A stretch of 35,228 bases of DNA. Source: Thelocarpon superellum (lineage: Eukaryota). The stretch's first letter is position 1; each line of letters opens with the position of its first letter. Location: assembly GCA_026025795.1 (NCBI GenBank), contig JAPEUG010000162.1, positions 1 through 35,228 of the forward strand. Direction: 5' to 3'. The position numbers and the translations under genes are program-made. The notes under the pieces were generated by a model. It ran no database searches, was not told the DNA's origin, and saw only the letters and a list, made by a program, of their open reading frames with translations. Positions 1-9,813 of the stretch are shown piece after piece.

Positions 1-529
1 TTCTTCTCAAATCAAAAAAGGTGAGGGTTGAATTTGTTCGAATCTGCCATGCCTCCCCAAGCGAAACGCAAACTTCAATGCAGGTGTGGCGGGGCAGCCT
101 TGCTTGAGGGCTAAGCTCTCAGCTTGTCAGCTTCCCTCCGCGCTGGATCAATCCCACTTCTCTCGAATGCTGGCCTGTAGTTTGCCGCCGCAGCTGTGAT
201 TTTTCTTTAGCTACTCGATGGGGAAGTAGAAGCTCTTGACTCCGTTGCACGGGTAGTCGATGATGTGAGGATCTTGCCATTGACTGGGCCGAGGTAGCTG
301 CGTTGAGGATATCCGCTGGACCGATTTTGCCATTCCTTACCATCCCTTCTCAGCTCGACGATAATTCTTGGTCGCTTTTTGTTCATGAACATGAGGAGTT
401 TTGCCATGCTGGAGGAAGCCCTCACACCTTCGACCGCCGCTGATGACCAATCGCTTCCGTAGGTAATCAACCTGTCCTTCAGCACACGTCTACCCCCCTC
501 GACGAGTACAGAACCATTCACTTGACAAA

Positions 530-2172
530 ATGGTTGGTCTCGGAGCGAGAAAGCCGCCGTCCCGCAAGGGTGAGTCTCTGCTGCCAATTGCTATCCAAGC
601 CTTGGCCAACGCACACATCAGGATCGATGGCCGACGTCCCGCCGGATCTCTTGCAACAGATCAAAGAGCTCGAGGGGCAGTTTGTCGTGGCGCCGACAAA
701 ATTGAAACAGATCACGAATCACTTCGTGTCGGAGTTGGCCCGAGGGTTGACGGAGGAGGGCGGCGATATCCCGATGAACCCCACCTGGGTCATGAGCTTC
801 CCCACGGGCCACGAGACCGGGACCTTCCTCGCCCTAGACATGGGTGGCACCAATCTTCGGGTATGTGAGATCAACCTCCCCGAGGAGAAGGGCGAGTTCG
901 ACATCACGCAATCGAAGTACCGGATGCCCGAAGAGCTGAAGTCAGGCACGGCGGAGGAGCTCTGGGAGTACGTGGCCGACTGCCTGCAGCAGTTCATCGA
1001 GTACCATCATGAGGAAAAGGAGATGAAGAACTTTCATCTGGGCTTCACCTTCTCCTACCCGGCCACCCAAGACTACATTGACCACGGGGTCTTACAACGA
1101 TGGACCAAGGGCTTCGACATTGATGGGGTGGAAGGGAAAGACGTGGTGCCCATGTTTGAAGCGGCATTGGCAAAGCGGGTACGTACAGGAGACAATCTTG
1201 AAGCGATGATGCTGATCCAGACCAGGGCGTGCCCATCAAGCTCACGGCACTGATCAACGACACAACGGGGACATTGATCGCTTCGGCGTACACGGACGAC
1301 CAGATGAAGATTGGGTGCATCTTCGGAACGGGATGCAACGCGGCGTATATGGAGACAGTGGGATGTGTGCCGAAGCTCGCGTACATGAAACTCCCTCCCG
1401 ACACGCCCATCGCCATCAACTGCGAATGGGGGGCGTTTGACAATGCGCACAAGGTGCTCCCGCGCACGAAGTACGACGAGATGATAGACCGCGATTCACC
1501 GCGACCGGGCCAGCAAAGCTTCGAGAAGATGATTGCCGGTCTCTACCTCGGCGAGATTTTCCGTCTCGTCCTGGTCGGCCTTCATGAGAACCCCGCCGTC
1601 GACATCTTCGGCCAGCAGGACATCAGCAAGCTCAAGAAGCCCTACACGCTGGACGCATCCTTCCTATCCGCGATTGAAGAGTGACGCCCCTCCCCTCCTT
1701 CCCTCCGCCCACCTACCTACCTTCTCGTCTCCATCGCTAACACCACAACCACAGGGATCCCTTCGAGAACCTAACAGAAACAGGCGAGCTGTTCTTCGCG
1801 CGGCTAGGACTGAATTGCACCAAGCCAGAGCTGGAGCTGATCCGACGCCTGGCGGAGTTGATCGGCACGCGGGCCGCGCGGCTGTCCGCATGCGGGGTGG
1901 CTGCGATCTGCAAGAAGAAGGACATCAAGGCGTGCCACGTGGGCGCGGACGGGTCGGTATTCAACAAGTACCCGCACTTCAAGGCGCGCGGGGCGCAAGC
2001 CTTGCGCGAGATCCTGGACTGGCCGAAGGAGCTGCGGAAAGATCCGATTGACATTCGCGCCGCCGAGGACGGCAGCGGTGTCGGCGCCGCCCTTATTGCT
2101 GCTCTCACGCTCAAGCGCGTCCAGGAGGGCAATCTGGCGGGCATTCGTAACGTCGAGCGTGTACGGGGTTGA
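530..2172 (+). CDS. HXK2: Hexokinase (Hxk2/HxkA-type), 4 exons, ~489 aa
   Basis: Exons 530-569, 622-1178, 1226-1680 and 1755-2172 splice in frame (GT-AG introns). N-terminus MVGLGARKPPSRKGSMADVP; motifs LALDMGGTNLRV, LGFTFSYP, INDTTGT, CEWGAF, AEDGSGVGAA. Confidence 0.95.
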
Positions 2173-2232
2173 GCGTGAAACGGGAGACGCTCTACGAGGC
2201 TCCCCTTCACGTACCTAATCTCTCTGAACCTT

Positions 2233-2269
2233 GCACGAGCACAAGCACGATCACGAGCACGAGCACGAG
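2233..2269 (+). repeat. Degenerate (GAGCAC)n hexamer tandem repeat in the hexokinase/UTP18 convergent gap
   Basis: gcacgagcacaagcacgatcacgagcacgagcacgag read directly, about 6 imperfect units. Confidence 0.6.
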
Positions 2270-2348
2270 AGCTACGAAGAGAAGAGTCGAAAAGAAAGAC
2301 TAGACCGGAATAGAAAGACTCTTTATTTCTCAGTTGTGGCCTTGCTGT

Positions 2349-4388
2349 TCACGATCGTATCTCCCAGAGCCTGATCCGGCCCTGTTCGTTCGCGACGGCC
2401 AAGTAGGCCGAGTCAGGCGAGAGAGCCAACGCCGAGATGCGGCCAAGGGGCGTCGAGGAGGTGGGCCAGTTCGCGTACGTGGTCAGGCTTGGTAGGTGTA
2501 CTGTCGGTTCCCCCCACCGACCACATTAGCCACGTACTTCCAGCAAGGGTGGGGTGGTTGAGATGATGCCGACGGATGGAGTAGAGGAGAGGAGAGGGAG
2601 GGGATGGGATCGATGCAGCGGAACTCACCCAGTCGTAGGGCGTCGCGCTTCCAACGACTGCTAAAGGCCAGGATTTGCCCATCCGGGCTGAACGTGACGT
2701 TGGTGATAGCCGTCGTGAGGCGAGAGAGGACGCGAGCCGGTGTAGGGCGAGGAGGGACGTTGGGACTCCAGCCGCGTCGATCGTACACATTGACGATCCC
2801 GCTCGTGCTGCCAATCGCGATCCACCTGTCGCCGCCGAGAGGGCTCATTGCGGGCGCGTGGCCGCCGAGAGCCACGACGGTGGTCCCGATGGCGCCCTCG
2901 TCGTGCCATGTCGCGACGGCTTTGCGCGTGCGCATGTCCCATTCCATCATGTTTCCGGCCCGGCTCGCGACGCAGAGGCCGTTGCCGTCGCGCCACCAGG
3001 CAAAGTCGGCCACGCCGCCCGGACTGTCAATGCGGGCCGCGGCGATCCACTGCGAGGTGTGCGCGTCGAGGATGTTGACGGACCCGCTTCCTTTGCGGCT
3101 GGTCCCGACCAGGCCTAGCCATCGTCCACATGGCGATACTTTGAACCGCTCCATGCTGCGTTGTTCGTCTTCGTGACCGTACACGCGGGAGATCTTGTTG
3201 ATAGTGCCAGACGACAGGTCCCACGTGTGGTAGTACCGTCGGCGGCCGGAGAAGAGGATGCGAGAGCCGGAGATGGGATCGAAGGTTGTGGTTGTCAGTG
3301 GAGTAGAGCGAATGTGGAGGGAGGTGAGGAGAGGGTTGGGTGGATGGGCTGAGGGCAAGACATGGTGGAGAAAGATGGTCGACGCTGGGCCAGACGAGAG
3401 CAGGACAGGGTATTGCGGGTGAAACTGTAGGGATTCAATCGCAGACTGTCGTCATTAGACGGGCCCGAGCAGCCGCACCGATGGGAGACTAACCGGCTGC
3501 GATCCTGGAATGTCTTTGGTCCGTTGAATGTCGAGGATCTCCGGTCTCAATCTGCTTGACTTGGCTCCGTTCGCCGAGCTCTTGGTGAGATCCATCCCGT
3601 TTTGGAGCAGCTTGGCTAGAGGTCGAGCTGAGAGCTGTTCCTCACTGTCCACGTCCATCTCATCCTGGCTAGAGTCCCCGGCGGATGACCCAGCAGCTCC
3701 AGAGCTCCTTCGTTGCCGCTTGGGGGGACGAGCATTGGACGGAAGAGCCCACTCTGGTACGGGATACAGTCTCTCGAATCTGATCAAGGTGAGCTAGGCA
3801 CATCGCAACCTCACCACGACATCTTACTGTCGCCGTAGCCGGCGGATATATTCCTTGCCCGTGATCAAGTCTTCTCTTCCGTTGATTCTCAATTTCCGTA
3901 GTCGTGGATTGTTCGCCAACGAGACCGTCAGGCGCTCGTCGTCGCTGTCTTCCCACGCCGGAATCGCATCGCCACGTAACGTAGGATCTTCCTCCGTCAC
4001 CACATCTGGTACGATCAAGTCCTGGTCGATGATTGCTGGTCCAGCGTCGAGGAAGAAGAGCTAACCAAGGATTAGAGAGTTGCGACCATCAGAGCGGAAT
4101 ACGTACATCTGCGTCGTCCACGCCTTCAAGATCCTTTCCATCGTCTTCTTGCGCAACACTTTCTTCCTCGCTCTGGTCTCGCGTACGGGACGGCTCATAT
4201 GTCTTCAGTCCCGTTCGAAAGCCCGGGTCATCGCCAAAAACCAATTTTTCCAGCTCTTGTTCGGTCGAATCCTTTTCCATCGGGTCATTGCTCTCAAGCT
4301 CGTCGTTCTCCATATCCGAGCTCGGATCTGGTAGAGCCGTAGATGGCTTCTGCACCTGCCGATTCAACGAGGATGTAGTCGGCATCAT
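2349..4388 (-). CDS. UTP18: U3 snoRNA-associated protein 18 (WD40, SSU processome), 5 exons, ~589 aa
   Basis: Exons 4388-4107, 4060-3828, 3779-3494, 3445-2629 and 2500-2349 splice in frame. Utp18 hallmarks: ELEKLVFGD, PAWEDSDDERLTVSL..RLRKLR, EYIRRLRRQFERLYPVPEWA, SGRRRYYHTWDL, DALRLVHLPSLTTYANWPT..TPLG, GRIRLWEI. Confidence 0.92.
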
Positions 4389-4590
4389 GATGCCTGACAA
4401 TGCCGTCGCAGCAACGGCTCAAAAAATGTTGACGGATGCTGAGATTCAAAGCTTTCCCTTAGACCGGGGAAAGTTTGCAGATTGTTTCGATCTGAGTTTA
4501 GCGGGGCATTCGAAATCGGCACCCTCATCCTCCTCTCTGCTACTGGATCTCTTCGACCAGATACTCACACCTAAGTCTACGTCTATCATT

Positions 4591-5925
4591 TTACTGGAAA
4601 ACACGCGCCGCTGCCGCCTTTCGAAGTCGGTTCATGACCGCTGCCGCCATATCTCCTTCGTCCGGAATGCCCTCGACAAAAATCGCCTGAACGCCTCTGC
4701 TATCCATCTCTCGTAACGCCGAGAATAAGCCCTCTCCAATCTCGTGGCTGTCCGGTCCCAAGCAAACCTCCCACAATGCAACGTCGCCGACCGATGGGAA
4801 CGTGATGTAACCAGAGAGGACTGCGTGACCGAAATATGCATGTGCTCCGTTCGGAGGTGGATGCGACACTGGAGGGGTTGCTTGAGTATTCGCACGGAGT
4901 TCAAGTCCACACTTTGGCGGCCAACGTGTCGTCCGGATGATGCCCACAGCCCCTTGGCCGCCACAGCATTGCTCCATGGCATTGAGAGTAGGTGCTGTGG
5001 CTCCGGCTTCATGTAGAATGACGGAGGCGTTGGGCGAATAATGCTTGTACTTCATGCCAGGGGCTTTGGGCGTCGTACCTTGCTCCGCACCATCCTTGTA
5101 GCCAATCTGGACATCGCCCCAGCCAGGACAGTCACGAAGATCGTCAATCCCCACACCCCCGGGCCGGAGGATGAGCGGGGGCAGGGAGAGGCCATCGACA
5201 ACTGTGCTCTCGACGCCAATGTGACAGGGTCCACCGTCAATGATCAGCTCAATGCGACCATCGAGGTCATGCCGCACGTGTTGAGCCGTAGTTGGTGAGG
5301 GTTTGGTGGACGCGTTCGCCGACGGCGCCGCCAGAGGCACATCCGCGTAATGGATCAAGGCGAGGGCAAGCGTCTTCCCCGGCATGCGCGCTCCAAATGT
5401 GCTCAAGCCCGCCGTCACCTCGGGCGCGAGGAGGGAAGCGACAGGGTTGGGAAGGATGATGGTCAGCGGTCCCGGCCAGAAGCGTTGGATGACGGCCTCG
5501 TAGATGGGAGGGATTGGCGATGGAGCGAGGTCGACATCTTGCGGCGTCACTTGGGGCAACAGGAGCCTCTCGAGCTGTCTCACGGAGCACACGTGCACAA
5601 TGAGCGGGTTATCTGACGGTCGCCCCTTGACCTGGTAGATCCCTCTCACCGCCGCGCTCCTGGTGGCATCCGCACCGAGACCATAGACCGTCTCCGTGGG
5701 AAAGGCAACAGGGAGGTCCCCTTGTCGAATTCGGCGAGCGGCGTCTCGTAACAAGCGTGCATCGGGAGTATCGTCGGTGAGGACCAGGCGATTCTCTCGG
5801 ATTGAAGTAGACTGTCCGTGGTGGGCGATGAGATGCCCTAATCTCGTCTCATCGATCGGAAGAATTTCCGTCGCATATCGATGGGGAAAGCTCCCCTCGT
5901 TCTCGGCGACTGTTAGACTGTCCAT
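4591..5925 (-). CDS. SUA5: Threonylcarbamoyl-AMP synthase Sua5 (t6A tRNA modification), intronless, ~444 aa from the first ATG
   Basis: YrdC motifs VAFPTETVYGLGADA, KGRPSDNPLIVH, FWPGPLT, APSANAS, GVESTVVD; Sua5 linker APGMKYKHYSP; C-terminal AVMNRLRKAA. Start uncertain because the frame stays open to ~6078. Confidence 0.93.
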   Translation of the reverse strand: MDSLTVAENEGSFPHRYATEILPIDETRLGHLIAHHGQSTSIRENRLVLTDDTPDARLLRDAARRIRQGDLPVAFPTETVYGLGADATRSAAVRGIYQVKGRPSDNPLIVHVCSVRQLERLLLPQVTPQDVDLAPSPIPPIYEAVIQRFWPGPLTIILPNPVASLLAPEVTAGLSTFGARMPGKTLALALIHYADVPLAAPSANASTKPSPTTAQHVRHDLDGRIELIIDGGPCHIGVESTVVDGLSLPPLILRPGGVGIDDLRDCPGWGDVQIGYKDGAEQGTTPKAPGMKYKHYSPNASVILHEAGATAPTLNAMEQCCGGQGAVGIIRTTRWPPKCGLELRANTQATPPVSHPPPNGAHAYFGHAVLSGYITFPSVGDVALWEVCLGPDSHEIGEGLFSALREMDSRGVQAIFVEGIPDEGDMAAAVMNRLRKAAAARVFQ

Positions 5926-6676
5926 CCTCGTGAGTCGATCAGGCTCTCTCCGGGCTTCAGGGTTGATCGTTGGCTTCGAGGAGGCGGATGTCGCCCGTGT
6001 GAGATTGGAAAGGTGAAAGATGACCCATGGTATCGCCCGCACTGTTGGAGTCCTCCCATACTTGAGAACCACAATAGCCTATTGTGGAGCACTCCATTAT
6101 TTGAAGGCCTCCGAAAAATCTCAAGAGCTCCTTCCAAGGGAACGCTCCAAGAGTATGACTGTGGGGGGAAAACTTCTCGCTAGCCGGGAGGTCTCCTTCA
6201 CCTCCCCACGTCGATATACGCGTTATCGCGAGCGGGAGTGCCTCAGCTTTCTCCGTGGTCGAAACACGAAAGCTGACCGCCATCTTCGTCCCGTCATATT
6301 GGTAACAGCAGCACGATTGATCACCGAGGAGACCTGGAGAGGGAGTCCAGAGAGTATGATCTTGGTGAAACACTTCCGGCTGTTCTGACGACTAGGCAAG
6401 ACCATGGGGGGTTTCACCTAATTTGACCCTGACCATCGAAGAGCTTCATTACTACTTTTGGTGCCTAGGATCTAAGATGAAGAATGAGAAGAGTATATAA
6501 GCACCATAGCGCTTGTCGTTAAGTGAGCGCCCCGCGTCGGGCGTCCTCAGCGCAAAGCAAGCTCCAAAGAAGTCCAGACCACCGACCAAAAACGCCAGTC
6601 ATCCAGCTCGGAGATCAAGCACCAGGTCCGGCGCCATTCCAGAACGCCCGTCCCAACCCGAGTCAACGACACGGGC

Positions 6677-8671
6677 TCATGCCGTGACAGGCACCGCTTG
6701 GCCAGCCTCCTCCTGTGCCGCAATCTCGCCGCCGGCTTCCTCTTCGGCCCAGGTCCCCCAGAGCCCACGCTTGCCACGGACACGGATGGGTCCACCGAGC
6801 ACGCCCTCGGCTTGCTCGACCTTGACGGCGTCCTTGGTGGCCAGCACGAGCACCTCGAAGAACATCTTGGTGGCGTCGACCTTGGATGTGCTTCGCTCCG
6901 GAAGCAAGTCTTGAAATAGCACATGGGCCTTCTTCTGTTCCATGGAGCTGTCGGCCGCCGCGGCGCCGAATCGGTCGCGAAGGAGGTGGACCGCGTGCTT
7001 CGTGCCGAGCGAGACGGGGCCGCTGTCGGCCGGGTGTACGAGGGGCGCGACGGTGTCGTCGAAGTTTTCCGCGGTGGGTGATGGGGCGTCATCGTCGTCG
7101 GCCAGTCGGGGCATGCCATCGTCCAGGTCATTCAGGCCGGGGAGCCCGAGGCCATCATCGGCGGGGAGATTGAGAACCTCGCCCACACCGCCGAGGGTTG
7201 TGTCGCCACCGATGCTTGGTCCGTCGACAGCAAAGTGGGCGTCCTCGTCGTCTGGAAGCTCGATGCGCACCTGTTTGCCGGCGTGAGGGCTGGTCTCTTC
7301 GGGGCCGTCCATGTCGGCGATGCCGCTATCGCGCTTCCGCTTCAGCTCGCCCGAGCGACGGATGACCTCGAGAGAGAGGACGCCCTTCAATTGTGGCGCC
7401 CATCCTTTGGCACGGCCGTCGCCAAGGATGCTGGAGACGAAGCCACCGTTGCGTTGCATCTCCATCAAAGTCAAGATGACGGGGTCGCGGGGCAGGAAGG
7501 AAGCTGGCTTGAGGATGCGCGATCGATCTTCCTGCTGCTCCTTGATCTGACCTGAGTGTAGCACCGTATCAGCGTCAGGTTGGATGACCCTGCGCTTGCG
7601 CACCCGCTGCGCCTGATGCACAGATTCGGTTGTCTCATCCATCGGTTCGAAGGTTGACGAGTCCAGATGCGTGTGCGGTCGATGAGCCGCCTCCTGACCC
7701 GCTTCCGATGGGGCGGACGAGAGCGGCGACTCGGACCGCCGGGCGGTGACCCCAGGCGTAGGAGCAGTGTGGGGCAGTGGGTCATCCGTGTTGAAGATCA
7801 TGCCCATCCCGATGTCAAATTCATCGTCGCCGGCGAAATTGAACCGCGACGGGCCGTCATCCTGGAAGGTGGTGTTGGCCGGGTCCGCCATCAACGCATC
7901 CCCATCCTGGTCCGCTGCCGTAGGCTTGCCGATGCCAAATTCGCTGAGCAAGTCGTCTTCAATCGGTCGGGCAGCGGGCGCATCTCGTCCGACTTCGAAG
8001 GTGGTGTCATCCCCGGGCGGACCCATTGGGTCTGGGCCAATGTCAATGTCTAGGTCAATGTCATCCAACATCGATGGCTCGCCCATGCCATGGCGCCCTT
8101 GTTCCTCCGACGCCTGCATCACTTGGCTGCTCATGTCCATGAGCGTGATGTCCTCGTTCCGGCCGACGCGTGCGTGGTCGACGTTGAATCCTGGCGCCGA
8201 TGCCGTTGTCTGCGTGAGCAGTAGCGTTGGGTCAGGCAAGGGCTGGAAGAGATCGATCTCGGTCAGGACGTCGGGAAGGGTCAGGGACGCGGGATGGGGC
8301 GCGTTGAGCTGGTTCGCCGGAAGATCCACGTTGCCCGGACGGAAGGCCTAGGGTCGTACGCGTCAGTCACTAGAAGGTTGAGGGACTGGCGAGCGGAAGG
8401 TCATTACCATTTTGATCTTCATGAGGGCTTCGTTGCAGTCGTCGAGGAGGTAGCGGGCCTTGCGGCTGTAGATGCGCACCACCCCCAGCAACAGCTGGCC
8501 GCTGAGACGCAAGGCCATGGGCGCCTGGCCCTGGTCGACGATAGCGCTGACACTGTTCTCGATATTTGACTGCAAGATGTGGGTCTTGGAGAGCTTGCGC
8601 TCGAGGTTGGCCGAGAGCCAGACGCGGGCCAAAGGCCCGGTCTTGGAGAGGAGGGTCTCGGAGTAGAACAT
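6677..8671 (-). CDS. RAD21: Cohesin kleisin subunit Rad21/Scc1/Mcd1, 2 exons, ~644 aa
   Basis: Exons 8671-8408 and 8347-6677. N-terminal MFYSETLLSKTGPLARVWLSAN..LRLSGQLLLGVVRIYSRKARYLLDDC; C-terminal winged helix ATKMFFEVLVLATKDAVKVEQ. Confidence 0.95.
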
Positions 8672-9813
8672 GGTGGCAACGGCGGGCAGACGTGACGCAG
8701 CGTCGAGGTGATGACGAAGAAAGCTGCACGACCGCTCAAGGTCTCGTCCAGTCCTGTGATGGCCGGCGCGATGAGGAAATGGACCGGTCGTGTTGTTGTT
8801 GACGTGAAGTAATCGGGATGTGTACGCGATGGGAGAGGACGCGATCCACCCCGGGCCCAAAAGTTGCGCCCGACCGCGCGCGTCGGGGTAAGTGTCGCGG
8901 TTCCGAGCGTCACTCGGCGGGACTTATGATGATGCTGATAAGGATAATGCTGCGGTGGATCGTCGTGCGATGCGCACCTCGTCACGCGGTAGAGCAATGG
9001 CGGACGGGGGTGAGAGAAGCGGCAAGGTGGGCGCAAAGACACCTGCCAGGTGGGAGGATTGAGAAGAGGTGGACGACGCTGCCGGGCCTGCTTCGCCGGG
9101 GGGGCTCCCAAGTGGCTGGAGATCCGGTGGCTGGTGGCTCTTCGTGCGGCCCTCTCGTCCTTCCCGCCCATTGGTCGGCCTTCGCGACCGAGCCCGAGTA
9201 TTACTCGACGCCGCTCAGGCACGGCCGCCGGCTTCGGTAGAAGCACGTTAGCGCCGCTCCGCGCCCTCGAGCATGGAGGAACACGAGAAATAGTGGGATG
9301 TGGTGGTGGAGACGCCCGCTGCCACAATAGCACGGCGGTGCCTATTCTCGTCCGCCCTGGCATCACGTCCCCTCTCGCAATGGAGACCGATGCCACATGT
9401 AGTATCCTCGGCGGGCTTCGACGTGTGACCGTTCGGCGCTGCGGCCCTGTAGCTCCAGGCCCATTCATGCATGGACCTGTCACAGTCAGTGCATGGCATC
9501 CGACCCGACGGATAAGCTAGTCGTAACAGTTACTCGTAACCGGCGCCTGCCGCACGATCGTTTGCGGGCAGTCCTCCAGCTACTCGAGACGCCCCGACGC
9601 GACGACTTGCTCGACGCTGCAGCGCGACGCCTTTCACCTTCTTGCCAGATGACATTGTTTACGTCGTACGAGCATTGATCGCATGTATATCTCGATTCGC
9701 GACTCCTCCACCATCGCTCTCTGCCCACGGCCACAGGCGCAGATGGCCGTGACCCTTTCCTGCAGCGCAGCGGAATCTTAATCGTGGCTACATCCTCCGG
9801 CGGCCATGAGAAG

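Noticed and set aside
119..587. Minus-strand ORFs upstream of hexokinase, with a possible GTAAGG..CAG intron
   Set aside because: Neither the spliced nor the unspliced product resembles a known family; most likely hexokinase promoter/5' UTR.
8419..9483. 354-aa minus-strand ORF across the RAD21 promoter
   Set aside because: R/P/S-rich low-information product, out of frame with RAD21; typical GC-rich stop-poor artefact.
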